This document shows, in pieces, positions 1 to 9,643 of a stretch of 64,000 nucleotides of DNA (positions within the stretch are counted from its first letter, which is position 1; each line of letters starts with the position of its first letter). Under the pieces are notes generated by a model, which worked only from the letters and a program-made list of their open reading frames with translations, was not told where the DNA came from and did not search any database. Made by a program: the position numbers and the translations under genes. The stretch is from Dehalococcoidia bacterium (GTDB taxonomy: Bacteria; Chloroflexota; Dehalococcoidia; Dehalococcoidales; W498), in the NCBI GenBank assembly GCA_011191875.1, contig DUFC01000004.1, positions 6,345 to 70,344 of the forward strand, in the 5' to 3' direction.

Positions 1-536
1 AGGTAAGCGTTGCGGCTGCTCATCGCCATACCGTTAGGCTCACGCACCGTAGGAATGGTAACTATCTCCAGATTCATATTGAGATCAGCCACCATCTTCT
101 TGATAACTACTAGCTGCTGGGCATCCTTCTGCCCAAAGTAGGCTTTGGTTGGCTGGACAATATTGAATAGCTTGGCAACCACCGTGGTAACACCCCTGAA
201 ATGACCGGGACGGGAAGCGCCTTCCAGTCGTTCAGTGACCTTACGCACCTCTACCCAGCTACTGAACTGCGGCGGGTATATCTTAACTTCCGAGGGCATA
301 AAGACAATATCAGTTTTTTCCTTTTCCAACAGAGCCAGGTCATGCTCAGGGTCCCGGGGATATTTATCAAAGTCCTCCTTTGGACCAAATTGAGTTGGAT
401 TGATAAATATACTAACTACTACCGAGGGGTTTTCGGCTCTGGCTTGTCTGACTAAAGCCAAGTGACCCTCATGCAAATAGCCCATAGTCGGAACAAAGCC
501 CACCGGCTCGGTGAGCTCAAGCCGTACGCGTTTCAT
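1..536 (-). CDS. panC: Pantoate--beta-alanine ligase (3' end cut by window edge)
   Basis: My hand translation of the reverse strand from the ATG at 534-536 gives [62 protein letters not shown]..., which carries the PTMGxLHxGH and FVNPxQF-type PanC motifs. It is missing from the ORF track because it runs off the window edge. Confidence 0.9.
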   Translation of the reverse strand, partial: MKRVRLELTEPVGFVPTMGYLHEGHLALVRQARAENPSVVVSIFINPTQFGPKEDFDKYPRDPEHDLALLEKEKTDIVFMPSEVKIYPPQFSSWVEVRKVTERLEGASRPGHFRGVTTVVAKLFNIVQPTKAYFGQKDAQQLVVIKKMVADLNMNLEIVTIPTVREPNGMAMSSRNAY

Positions 537-631
537 CGCACCTATTGTTTCAACAACTTTCATAGGTATTTCTCAGATTGAGCTTGATTACAACCCACTT
601 CCCCTTATCATTAAACCCAGTTTAACCACCT

Positions 632-1237
632 CTACTCCTCAACCGGAACCACAGACTCCTCAGCTATCCATTCATAACCCAAAGCAGCACGCCACTCTAG
701 CATCTCCTTCTGTAATACCTCGTAGTCTTTCTGAACGGCATCATAGAGCCTTGCATTTTCTAGGGCAATGGCCCCCAGATTAGCAACTGCGCTCACGAAG
801 TATTTATCATCCGCAGTGGAACGGCGTGGCTCTGCGGTATACACCCTTATTACCCCTATAACCTCCCCCCTAAGCGTCATCGGGACGGAAAGGATAGACG
901 CAATCCCTGCTTTCCTGGCTTGCTCTCGATACTGAACCCGCTTATCCTTGGTTGCATCTAACACAACTACTGGTTCGCCCTTTAATGTGCCGGAAATGCT
1001 CTTGTCCGCTGATATCAGCCCCTTTCGAATGTAGGAATCGCTTAGCCCATAGGTCACGGTATGAAGTAAGAGTTTCCTATCCGGTGAAAGAAGCATCACG
1101 GAGCACCCTTTGGCCCCGGCGGCATCCACTACTTTCCCAACAATGGAGTATAGTACGCTCCCAGGAGTACGAGCTGAATTCACTGCTGCTGCTACCTCGT
1201 ACAAGCTTTCATAATAGGTAGGCTTATTTTTCCCCAT
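632..1237 (-). CDS. Stand-alone GAF-domain protein (paralog of 55600..56454)
   Basis: 201 aa with a GAF-like core (ASILSVPM..GEVIGVIRVYT, ANLGAIALENARLYD). About 147/201 residues are identical to the N-terminal part of 55600..56454 by manual alignment. It lies between panB and panC on the same strand. Confidence 0.75.
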   Translation of the reverse strand: MGKNKPTYYESLYEVAAAVNSARTPGSVLYSIVGKVVDAAGAKGCSVMLLSPDRKLLLHTVTYGLSDSYIRKGLISADKSISGTLKGEPVVVLDATKDKRVQYREQARKAGIASILSVPMTLRGEVIGVIRVYTAEPRRSTADDKYFVSAVANLGAIALENARLYDAVQKDYEVLQKEMLEWRAALGYEWIAEESVVPVEE

Positions 1238-1266
1238 TTTAACACCTCCTTAGCCTTAATAGTCAC

Positions 1267-2103
1267 CTAATACTTAGCCTTTAGCTCGGCTAATATGCTT
1301 TCGTCCATAGAGAAGCTCTGCTGGTCAGTGGGGAAGCTACCTGATTTTACCTCATTATCATATTCAGTAACCGCAGCCCGGATAATATCAGTAAGCCTGG
1401 TATATTGCTTGGCATGCTTGGGGATAAAGTCAGTAAATGAGCCTAGAATGTCGTTTATAATCTGAACCTGACCATCACAGCCTATGCCAGCGCCAATACC
1501 GATGGTTGGGATACTTATTCTTTGGGTAATGAGTGCGGCCAGTTGGGCGGGAACAGTCTCAAGAACGATGGCAAAAGCCCCAGCCTGTTCTAAAGCCTGA
1601 GCGTCTTCAAGCAATTTCGTGGCTGCTTCCAGGGTTTTACCCCGCACCTTAAACCCACCTAGTTGGTACATTGACTGGGGAGTAAGCCCAATATGACCCA
1701 TAACTGGAATACCGCACTCCACAATTCTCGATACCTTTTCAGCTACTGTTACACCACCCTCAAGCTTAATTGCCTGGGCACCTCCATCTTGGATAAATTG
1801 AGCAGCATTATATAGAGCATCATCAACGCTTATGTGGTAGGTCATAAATGGCATATCGCCAATTACCATCGCCTGTTTAGCACCTCTAACCACAGCCTTA
1901 GTATGGTGCAGCATCTCCTCCATAGTTACCGGTATAGTTGATTCGTAACCCAGGACAACCATGCCCAGGCTATCTCCCACCAGAATTAGTGGTATTCCCG
2001 CTTCATCAACTATTTTAGCTGTGGAGTAGTCATAGGCGGTTAGCATAGTGATTTTCTCACCCTTCTGCTTCATTTCTTTTATCTGGTTTATAGTTACTCT
2101 CAT
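1267..2103 (-). CDS. panB: 3-methyl-2-oxobutanoate hydroxymethyltransferase
   Basis: 278 aa. The signatures LTAYDY, LVGDSLGMV, GDMPF and IKLEGG are typical of PanB. Confidence 0.92.
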   Translation of the reverse strand: MRVTINQIKEMKQKGEKITMLTAYDYSTAKIVDEAGIPLILVGDSLGMVVLGYESTIPVTMEEMLHHTKAVVRGAKQAMVIGDMPFMTYHISVDDALYNAAQFIQDGGAQAIKLEGGVTVAEKVSRIVECGIPVMGHIGLTPQSMYQLGGFKVRGKTLEAATKLLEDAQALEQAGAFAIVLETVPAQLAALITQRISIPTIGIGAGIGCDGQVQIINDILGSFTDFIPKHAKQYTRLTDIIRAAVTEYDNEVKSGSFPTDQQSFSMDESILAELKAKY

Positions 2104-2115
2104 TTGTCTCCCCCC

Positions 2116-2487
2116 TTAAAAAGGTATAGACTCGACCAATCGTTTAGTTTTAGTGATAACATTTTTAGCATCAACATATATCACTTTAGGTCTGAAGTGG
2201 CGGGCTTCGTCGTCCTCAACATGGCAGTAGGAGAGGATAAGTATAATATCCCTCTTATCTGCTAGTCTAGCCGCCGCTCCATTTATACAAATTTCACTGC
2301 TTTCGCCCTCAATGGCGTAGGTAGTAAAACGAGCACCATTATTGGTATTTAGCACCTGCACCTGCTCATAGGGCAGGATGTCAGCTTCATCCATAAGCCT
2401 CTTGTCAATGGTAATACTGCCTTCATAGTCAAGGGCAACCGTGGTAACTCGGGCTCTTTGGATTTTGCTCTTAAGCATTATTCTCAT
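2116..2487 (-). CDS. panD: Aspartate 1-decarboxylase
   Basis: 123 aa. [12 protein letters not shown]...[10 protein letters not shown] contains the Gly-Ser self-processing site, followed by TYAI and INGAAA. Confidence 0.92.
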   Translation of the reverse strand: MRIMLKSKIQRARVTTVALDYEGSITIDKRLMDEADILPYEQVQVLNTNNGARFTTYAIEGESSEICINGAAARLADKRDIILILSYCHVEDDEARHFRPKVIYVDAKNVITKTKRLVESIPF

Positions 2488-3374
2488 TATACCTCCCTCA
2501 ATTGACCCTTTGTTTTGTCAGGTTGTTTTAGTATAGCCTCCAACTGGCGTGCCTGGTGCTGATTGATTTTGCCCTTGGCTAAAGCGATAGGTATAGTCTG
2601 AAGACCTAGTTCTCGATAGGTTGAGAGTAAACCAGGAGCTGTTTTCTTTAAAGCTTTGAGGTGCTTATTAATAGTACCGGTATCACCACGGGCAATCGGT
2701 CCAGTGAGACATTGAGGTATACCGACAGTATCAATATTATGAATTGTCCCTCGCAATAGCGGGAGTAGTGCCTGAGTAGCTTGGTTCGGTGGGATGTTGA
2801 AGGTTTGCCATAGGTCATTAGCTAGCTTGACCAAGGTTACCAAATAGTTACAGGCAATGACTGCTGCTGCATGATATACTACCTTATCGCTTGCTTTGAG
2901 CTCCACCCAGTGACCATCAAGGGCAGTTGCCATATCCTTAAGTGTATTTAATAGAGGCTCTTCAGCCTCCAAGGCAAAGGTTGAGCCTGGTATATTCTCT
3001 ATAGCCTGTTTTACACTGGCAAAGGTCTGCAAGGGGTGAAAGACACCAACCTGGACATCTGATTTCTTAGCTGGTTCCAGAGTTTCAGTTGAGTCAGCAC
3101 CACTACAATGAACTATACTCTGCCCGGCATGCCACTGAATTTCAGACACTACCGTGGCGATAGCATCATCGGGGGTAGTAATAAAGACAAGCTCACTATC
3201 ATCAGCCACATCCTGATTATTAGATGCACGGCAACCACCAATTACCTCAGCTAACTTTGCAGCTGAGGTTTGACTTCGACTCGATACGGCCACTACTTGA
3301 TAACCCTTACTGTTCAGCCCAACAGCTAGGGCAGTGCCTACAGTTCCAGCTCCGATGAATCCTAATTTGTGCAT
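2487..3374 (-). CDS. Rossmann-fold oxidoreductase, DUF2520-like (candidate ketopantoate reductase)
   Basis: 295 aa with an N-terminal [13 protein letters not shown] dinucleotide-binding motif. Its stop overlaps the panD start, and it is the first gene of the pan gene string. Confidence 0.6.
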   Translation of the reverse strand: MHKLGFIGAGTVGTALAVGLNSKGYQVVAVSSRSQTSAAKLAEVIGGCRASNNQDVADDSELVFITTPDDAIATVVSEIQWHAGQSIVHCSGADSTETLEPAKKSDVQVGVFHPLQTFASVKQAIENIPGSTFALEAEEPLLNTLKDMATALDGHWVELKASDKVVYHAAAVIACNYLVTLVKLANDLWQTFNIPPNQATQALLPLLRGTIHNIDTVGIPQCLTGPIARGDTGTINKHLKALKKTAPGLLSTYRELGLQTIPIALAKGKINQHQARQLEAILKQPDKTKGQLREV

Positions 3375-3736
3375 TTTAGTTCCTTACTTACGCCTTTTTT
3401 ATATAAAATACCTTCTCAGACACAGCCAGAGAAGGCATTCAAGATACAGTCTTACATTTTGCCGTCCCGGTCATATCAGATCCAAGCGACTAATATTATT
3501 AATAATACCTATTTTTAAAAAGCTCACCGCCAACCGGTCGATGGCTAATAACTCACTATCATTTTGATTATATCCATTCCTTCTCAATCTTGTCAACACA
3601 GTGCAATAGAGGTATTTAGCTGGTGGGTGATAATCTATATTAGCCTCCTATTTGTCACCCGGCATTCTCATCTCATAACTTCGCTGGACGTTTTACCTTT
3701 AGCATATGCTGCCCTAAACACTAAGGTAATAACCTG

Positions 3737-3745
3737 TGCTATAAT
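3737..3745 (+). promoter_or_regulatory. Extended -10 element TGcTATAAT upstream of cca
   Basis: The exact TGnTATAAT ends 18 nt before the ATG at 3764, and there is no obvious SD in between. Confidence 0.35.
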
Positions 3746-3763
3746 TCGGACTACAATAAGTGA

Positions 3764-5023
3764 ATGTCCGAGATTATTAACCTATCCAATAAAATCGAAA
3801 AACAGCTACCTACCGAGCTAGTTAGCTTTATGCAAGTCGCCGGTGAGGTGGCTGCCAGTCAAGGGCAGAACCTGTACCTTGTCGGCGGTGTGGTTCGTGA
3901 CTTGCTCCTGGGACAAACCAACCTCGACCTTGACCTGGTGGTAGAAGGTAGCGCAATAAATCTAGCACAGCAGCTAGCACAGATTAAGCTAGGGAAAATC
4001 ACCACTCACCCCCGCTTCAATACAGCTAAACTCCAGTGGGATAAATGGAGCATTGACCTAGCTACCGCCCGTTCCGAAACTTACGCTAAACCCGGAGCCT
4101 TACCCATTGTAAAGCCTGGTTCTCTGAGCAATGACCTTTCCCGCCGTGATTTCACCATCAATACTATGGCTATTGAGCTTATCCCCAGCCGCTATGGCGA
4201 ATTGATTGACCGTTATGGGAGTATAGATGACCTTAAACAGGGTCTTATCCGTGTTCTACATGAAAAAAGCTTTATTGACGATGCTACCCGTATTTGGCGT
4301 GGTTTACGCTACGAGCAACGGCTATACTTCCAACTGGAACCAAATACCTTACAGCTACTTATACGAGACATACCTATGCTAGACACCATTAGTGGCGACC
4401 GGATACGGCATGAGCTGGAACTAATATTAAAGGAAAAATACCCGGAAAATGTCCTCTACCGCGCTGAAGAACTCAGTGTTCTCCATCGTCTACACCCCGC
4501 CCTAAAGGGCAATGGCTGGCTGTCAAATAAATTCAAGCAGGCTCGCCAGCTAAGCCATTCTAATTTACCACCGGTTGCTCTTTACCTCGCTCTTCTGGCC
4601 TACCCCTTGACTAACGAAGATAGTGAACAACTGATTTCACGCCTCAGATTATCTAAGTCATTAGCCCAAACCCTGCGGAATACCATTAGCATCAAAACCA
4701 ATTTAAAGTCGCTGGCTAACCCTGAACTCACCCCAAGCAGTGTTCATTACCTTCTCCACGGCTACTCCCCGACGGCAATTACAGCTAACTCATTAGCCTG
4801 TGACTTCCCGGTGGCTCGTCAGAACATTAACTTGTTTCTCAATAGGCTACGTTATGTCAAGCCAGCCCTTAACGGAGATGATTTAAAAAGAATGGGCATA
4901 TCCCCTGGTCCCCAAATCAAAGAAATTCTAAAATTGCTACACGAGGCTAGACTAGATGGCAAAGTAACCAGTAAGCAGGGTGAGGAAGACTTGATTAAGG
5001 GGTGGCTGGCGAGAAATAGATAA
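3764..5023 (+). CDS. cca: CCA-adding enzyme / poly(A) polymerase-family tRNA nucleotidyltransferase
   Basis: 419 aa. LYLVGGVVRDLLLG..LDLDLVV is the class II nucleotidyltransferase head, followed by RRDFTINTMA. Confidence 0.85.
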   Translation: MSEIINLSNKIEKQLPTELVSFMQVAGEVAASQGQNLYLVGGVVRDLLLGQTNLDLDLVVEGSAINLAQQLAQIKLGKITTHPRFNTAKLQWDKWSIDLATARSETYAKPGALPIVKPGSLSNDLSRRDFTINTMAIELIPSRYGELIDRYGSIDDLKQGLIRVLHEKSFIDDATRIWRGLRYEQRLYFQLEPNTLQLLIRDIPMLDTISGDRIRHELELILKEKYPENVLYRAEELSVLHRLHPALKGNGWLSNKFKQARQLSHSNLPPVALYLALLAYPLTNEDSEQLISRLRLSKSLAQTLRNTISIKTNLKSLANPELTPSSVHYLLHGYSPTAITANSLACDFPVARQNINLFLNRLRYVKPALNGDDLKRMGISPGPQIKEILKLLHEARLDGKVTSKQGEEDLIKGWLARNR

Positions 5024-5075
5024 AAGAATACTAGGTTTGCTCTAAACCTATAGCTATATACCCAAGGTTCACTTA

Positions 5076-5579
5076 CTACTCCATATGCTTAAACACCTCG
5101 CGTGGGGCGCCACAGATGGGGCAGGTCTCAGGGGTTTCGTCACTTACAATGTAGCCGCAGACCTGACAGACAAAGTAAGTCTCGTCCTTTAGCTGCTCCC
5201 CCGCCTCAATGGCTTCAAGCGCCTTCTGGTATAGTTCGTGATGGATTTTCTCTACCTCATTGGCAAACTCGAAACTAAACTGAGCCTTTCTATTCTTTTC
5301 CGACTCCGCCTGATTAATGAAACCGGGATACATCTGTATAAACTCGTAGTATTCCCCATCGATAGCCTCTTCCAGATTATCCCTGGTTGACTCAATGCCA
5401 CCTATAGCCCTAAGATGACTGCGGGCAAGAACCGTCTCCGCATCAGCCACTGCCCGAAAGAACCTGGCTATCTGGGTATGACCCTCCTTTTCCGTCTTGT
5501 CAGCAAAGAACAGGTAGCGGCAGCTAGCCTTACTTTCTCTAGTAAAAGCTTCCTGCAAATTCTCCTGTGTACTGCTCAC
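5076..5579 (-). CDS. rbr: Rubrerythrin
   Basis: 167 aa with an N-terminal ferritin-like diiron domain (ExxH motifs) and a C-terminal rubredoxin-like CQVCG...CPICG. Confidence 0.88.
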   Translation of the reverse strand: MSSTQENLQEAFTRESKASCRYLFFADKTEKEGHTQIARFFRAVADAETVLARSHLRAIGGIESTRDNLEEAIDGEYYEFIQMYPGFINQAESEKNRKAQFSFEFANEVEKIHHELYQKALEAIEAGEQLKDETYFVCQVCGYIVSDETPETCPICGAPREVFKHME

Positions 5580-5613
5580 TTGAGCACCTCCTTAATTAAT
5601 TATAGATTACATT

Positions 5614-6474
5614 CTACCACTTCTGACCAGTTAAAGTTTCCATTAAATAACATTCCAACCCTTGCTGTTGGAGGCGAATATAAAGCTCCTCAGCCTGAGC
5701 CTTGTCCTTCACCAAGGTAAATAGGGCTGGTCCTGAGCCGGCCAGGTGAACATCGGTGGTGCCAACTTTTACAAGATGTTCCCTATACTCGCTTAGCTCA
5801 GAGGAGCGGTCAAAGGCTACATTGTCAAAGGTATTGAACAAAAGGGATGGTGAAAATTCTCTACCCTCCCTTAATTTCTCTACCAGCTTCTCCGTAATCT
5901 GCCCATCTGTATAGTGGCTGGCGTTAAGACTGGCATAAAGTCGTTCCGTCTTGCCCGGCAGCCGAGGTACCGGTGGCATCACCACCACCACCCATATATG
6001 GGGTAATGACGGCAAGGGAGCTACCACCTCACCTCTGCCTGTAACCAGAGCTGTGCCACCATAGACAAAGAAGGCTACATCTGAACTTAACCTGGCGGCT
6101 AACTCAAGTAACTTTTCCTGCGATAAACTCAATCCCCAGAGCTTATCAAGCCCGCGCAGAATGGCAGTGGCATCACTACTATCTCCACCTAACCCTGACA
6201 TCAGGGGGATTCGCTTGTTAATTTCTATGGTTGCCCCTTTAGCGCATCCGGTATCTTCCTGAAGTAAACTAATTGCTTTAGATACCAGACTGTCTTCTGG
6301 AATCCAGTTTGGCAAATCACAATTGAACTCGATACTCTGGCTTAACTGGAAATGAAGGCTATCGCATAGATTTATAGTCTGGATAACGCTGCGAATTTCG
6401 TGAAAGCCGTCTCGGCGTTTAGCCAACACCTCAAGGGTCAGATTAATCTTAGCCGGTGCCAGAACAGTCAGCAT
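5614..6474 (-). CDS. ispE: 4-diphosphocytidyl-2-C-methyl-D-erythritol kinase
   Basis: 286 aa. APAKINLTL start, a GHMP-kinase loop (IPLMSGLGGDSSDA) and HLAGSGPALF near the C-terminus. Confidence 0.9.
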   Translation of the reverse strand: MLTVLAPAKINLTLEVLAKRRDGFHEIRSVIQTINLCDSLHFQLSQSIEFNCDLPNWIPEDSLVSKAISLLQEDTGCAKGATIEINKRIPLMSGLGGDSSDATAILRGLDKLWGLSLSQEKLLELAARLSSDVAFFVYGGTALVTGRGEVVAPLPSLPHIWVVVVMPPVPRLPGKTERLYASLNASHYTDGQITEKLVEKLREGREFSPSLLFNTFDNVAFDRSSELSEYREHLVKVGTTDVHLAGSGPALFTLVKDKAQAEELYIRLQQQGLECYLMETLTGQKW

Positions 6475-6475
6475 A

Positions 6476-7360
6476 CTATTTCCCTTCTCGGGTAAATACC
6501 TGCCACAGCCGTGCCCACTCCTCCAAAGCTAAGGTCTCAGCCCGTCGCCTTGGCGCAATATCAGCCTTCTCCAATAAGGGTAAAACCTCAGCCTTTAGCA
6601 ATCCCAGGCCTTGAGCCAAGGAATTAACTATCTGCTTGCGAGAGGCGCTAAAACCTGCCTGTACCAAGTTAATAAATCCTCTCTCATCGGTTACCGCCAC
6701 TGCCGGCTGAGAATATAGGTCAATCCTCAGTATCGCTGAGTCAACCTCAGGTGCCGGATAAAAACACCGAGCCGGTACATAGCTAATTATTCTTGGTTCT
6801 CCATAAAACTGCACACTGATACTCAGCACACTCATCCGACCGGGCTCAGCCACAATAGCCTCAGCTACCTCCTTTTGCACCATTACTACCATAATTTGAG
6901 GCTTAACCAATGCCTCAAGAAAATGGCGTAAAACGGGAGATGTAATATAATAGGGAAGATTAGCTACTACCTTATAGCTAAAAGGGCTATTTATTACCGG
7001 AGGAAATCTTGTCTTTTGTTCCTGAAGCAAATCGTCTGGGTCAACCTGAAGCACATCCTTATTGATGATAGAAACATTACCAAAAGAGGCTAGGGTTCGT
7101 TCCAGGGTGACAGCTAGTTTACTATCTAACTCAACAGCCACTACCCAACCAGCTTGCCTGGCTAGTTCCTTGGTCAGGATACCTAGACCAGGTCCTACTT
7201 CCATAATAACATCGGTAGAGGCAAGCTCAGCGGCTGAAGTAATAAGCTCCAACACATCCCCATCAATAAGGAAGTGTTGTCCTAGCCCCTTTCTTACCTT
7301 AAGGTCAAATTGGCGCAGCCGCCTCTTGGTTTGAGCTAAAAGCGACTCTGTCTTCATCAT
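6476..7360 (-). CDS. rsmA: 16S rRNA (adenine1518/1519-N6)-dimethyltransferase
   Basis: 294 aa. GQHFL, the EVGPGLGILT SAM motif and VANLPYYITSP. Confidence 0.9.
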   Translation of the reverse strand: MMKTESLLAQTKRRLRQFDLKVRKGLGQHFLIDGDVLELITSAAELASTDVIMEVGPGLGILTKELARQAGWVVAVELDSKLAVTLERTLASFGNVSIINKDVLQVDPDDLLQEQKTRFPPVINSPFSYKVVANLPYYITSPVLRHFLEALVKPQIMVVMVQKEVAEAIVAEPGRMSVLSISVQFYGEPRIISYVPARCFYPAPEVDSAILRIDLYSQPAVAVTDERGFINLVQAGFSASRKQIVNSLAQGLGLLKAEVLPLLEKADIAPRRRAETLALEEWARLWQVFTREGK

Positions 7361-8094
7361 TACACTCCGTAACTCAAACGTGACACTAACCCCATAGGCA
7401 GTCTATATTCCACCATCTTCGCTTGAGTAGCACCAATGTCATAAGTAATACGGTAGTGGGTAACAGACCTGGCTTCACTATCATAGACTGCGTAGCTGGC
7501 TCTAGGGTCACCATCCCGGGGTTGCCCTGCACCACCTGGATTAATAATAAATCGGTTCCTAGCCAGCGTAAGCACAGCATCATCCGGAAATTCACTAACC
7601 AAACAAGCACCATTTTCACTGCACTCAAATACTAAAGGTACATGAGAATGACCCACCAGGCAAAATTGCGATTGGAAGTAAGTAAAATTCTGCTTAGCAC
7701 GGCTGGTTGATAGAAGGTATTCCCAAATTGGATCCCTCGGGCTACCGTGAACTAGAGTAAAATCATCTCTTTGAGCAACCAGCGGCAAGCTGTCAAGATA
7801 CTGTATATCCCCTTGAGTTAATTGCTGCGCCGCCCAGTGACAGGCTGCAGCAGCATCAGGATTAAAATCGGAGGTATCTATTTTACCAATTGCTGCCCAA
7901 TCGTGATTTCCAGCAACACAGACATGCTTATACTGACACAGAAGCTCAATGCACTGGTGCGGGTCTGGTCCGTAGCCAACAATATCTCCTAAACACCAAA
8001 CCTCCTCCACCCCTCCCCTACGCTCAATGTCATCCAGCACTGCGGTAAAAGCAGCCAGATTGGCATGAATATCGGCAATAATTGCATAGTGCAT
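7360..8094 (-). CDS. Metallophosphoesterase family protein
   Basis: 244 aa. The motifs DIHAN, GDIVGYGP, GNHD and GHSH are calcineurin-like phosphoesterase motifs. Confidence 0.8.
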   Translation of the reverse strand: MHYAIIADIHANLAAFTAVLDDIERRGGVEEVWCLGDIVGYGPDPHQCIELLCQYKHVCVAGNHDWAAIGKIDTSDFNPDAAAACHWAAQQLTQGDIQYLDSLPLVAQRDDFTLVHGSPRDPIWEYLLSTSRAKQNFTYFQSQFCLVGHSHVPLVFECSENGACLVSEFPDDAVLTLARNRFIINPGGAGQPRDGDPRASYAVYDSEARSVTHYRITYDIGATQAKMVEYRLPMGLVSRLSYGV

Positions 8095-8153
8095 CTAAAA
8101 ACTATAACAGCTAATCCTGCACAAGTAAATATTTAGACCCTGCCTCAAATTCA

Positions 8154-8162
8154 TGCTATAAT
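8154..8162 (+). promoter_or_regulatory. Extended -10 element TGcTATAAT placed for a leaderless thiL transcript
   Basis: TGcTATAAT ends at 8162 and the thiL ATG starts at 8169, about 7 nt downstream at the expected transcription start. No SD is present. Confidence 0.4.
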
Positions 8163-8168
8163 TCCACT

Positions 8169-9155
8169 ATGAAAGTTTCGGAGATAGGGGAATTTGGGCT
8201 GATTGACCTCCTAGCTAAAACGGTTAATAGACCGCCGGGCAAACAGCTTATAATCGGTATTGGTGATGATGCTGCCGCCTGGTACGGTGATACCTCAATT
8301 CAACTGGCTACTGTTGATTCCTTTATCCAGGATGTCCACTTTTCCCTGGATATAGCTTCCTGGGAAGACCTGGGTTGGAAAGCAATGGCAGTCAACCTGA
8401 GCGACATTGCCGCTATGGGTGGTGTGCCCAGATACGCCCTGGTATCGTTAGCCATACCACCCCATACCGAAGTAGAGAATGTTATCGCCCTCTACAAAGG
8501 AATGATTGAGCTTACACAGCAGTTTGGAGTAACTATAATTGGTGGCGACACCAATAGTGCCACTCCGGTGGCCATTACCATTACCATTCTTGGTAGCACC
8601 AAAAAGGATAATTATATACTCACCCGCTCAACAGCTCAGCCTGGTGAGCAAGTGGCCGTTACCGGCTATCTAGGTGCAGCCGCTGCTGGTTTGGAAATAC
8701 TGACTAACCAACTTCAATTTGACACCGAAGCCACCGCTATTCTGAAAAAGGCTTTCCTTCACCCCTACCCCAGACTGACTGAAGGGCAACTGCTGGTAGA
8801 TTACGGAGTGAAAACAGCTATAGATATTAGCGATGGATTGATTTCAGACCTAAATCAAGTATGTAAATCAAGCCAAGTTGGTGCCAGAATAGAAATTGAC
8901 CGTGTGCCAATTCAGCCCACAGTTAAAGCTAACCTCAGCCAAAAATCCCTTGAACTGGCATTATCAGGAGGAGAGGACTATGAACTCTTGTTTACTGCCA
9001 GCGCTGAGGTTATTGATAAGGTAAAAAGAGCCGCCTCCTGCCCGATAACAGTAATCGGTGAAATCGTAGCTGATAAGAAGCTAACTCTGGTTAATAGCCA
9101 AGGGAATCCTTTTAAATTGGGTAAGACAGGTTGGGAGCACTTTGTTACGAGATGA
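8169..9155 (+). CDS. thiL: Thiamine-monophosphate kinase
   Basis: 328 aa. GEFGLID, GIGDDAA, AINLSDIAAMGG-type motif and GGD..  of the AIR-synthase-related ThiL family. Confidence 0.88.
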   Translation: MKVSEIGEFGLIDLLAKTVNRPPGKQLIIGIGDDAAAWYGDTSIQLATVDSFIQDVHFSLDIASWEDLGWKAMAVNLSDIAAMGGVPRYALVSLAIPPHTEVENVIALYKGMIELTQQFGVTIIGGDTNSATPVAITITILGSTKKDNYILTRSTAQPGEQVAVTGYLGAAAAGLEILTNQLQFDTEATAILKKAFLHPYPRLTEGQLLVDYGVKTAIDISDGLISDLNQVCKSSQVGARIEIDRVPIQPTVKANLSQKSLELALSGGEDYELLFTASAEVIDKVKRAASCPITVIGEIVADKKLTLVNSQGNPFKLGKTGWEHFVTR

Positions 9156-9631
9156 AGCTAAATCAGTCTATAAACTACGATTTAATCAGTCATAGCCCGG
9201 AACAGACCAAAATATTCGGGGGCAGTATCGGTGAGTTAGCCCTACCCGGTGATACTTTTCTCCTTGTCGGCGGCTTGGGAACAGGAAAGACCTGCCTCAC
9301 TCAGGGTATTGCCTTGGGACTGGGTATCAAAGAATATGCTGTCAGCCCCTCATTTGTCGTAGTTAGAGAACTCTATGGTAGGCTCCCCTTATATCACATT
9401 GACCTGTATCGGCTCAACCTAGAAGAAATTGTTGAATTAGGCTTAGATGACTATATATATGGCAATGGTGTCTGTGTAGTGGAATGGGCAGAAAAAGGGT
9501 TAAGCGTATTGCCAGCAGAGCACTTACTTATTGAAATAAGCTATCTTTCCGACATCGAGCGTAGCTTTCAACTTAAACCAAGTGGCAAACGCTACCTAGA
9601 AGTGACAGCCCAACTGAAATCTTCCCTTTAG
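9152..9631 (+). CDS. tsaE: tRNA t6A37 biosynthesis ATPase TsaE
   Basis: P-loop-like GGLGTGKTCLTQGI and YHIDLYRL. The start is set at an ATG that overlaps the thiL stop (ATGA). The ORF track gives a longer 9131 start. Confidence 0.85.
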   Translation: MKLNQSINYDLISHSPEQTKIFGGSIGELALPGDTFLLVGGLGTGKTCLTQGIALGLGIKEYAVSPSFVVVRELYGRLPLYHIDLYRLNLEEIVELGLDDYIYGNGVCVVEWAEKGLSVLPAEHLLIEISYLSDIERSFQLKPSGKRYLEVTAQLKSSL

Positions 9632-9643
9632 AAAGGACTACTA

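Noticed and set aside
201-455. Track ORFs 201..455 + and 511..783 +.
   Set aside because: The first is antisense to the hand-translated panC, and the second spans the panC-GAF spacer and the GAF 3' end. Both are low-complexity sequence with no motifs.
3334-3821. Track ORFs 3334..3567 + and 3564..3821 + in the divergent spacer between the pan operon and cca.
   Set aside because: The region is AT-rich promoter sequence. The peptides are low-complexity without an SD, and the second overlaps the well-supported cca start.
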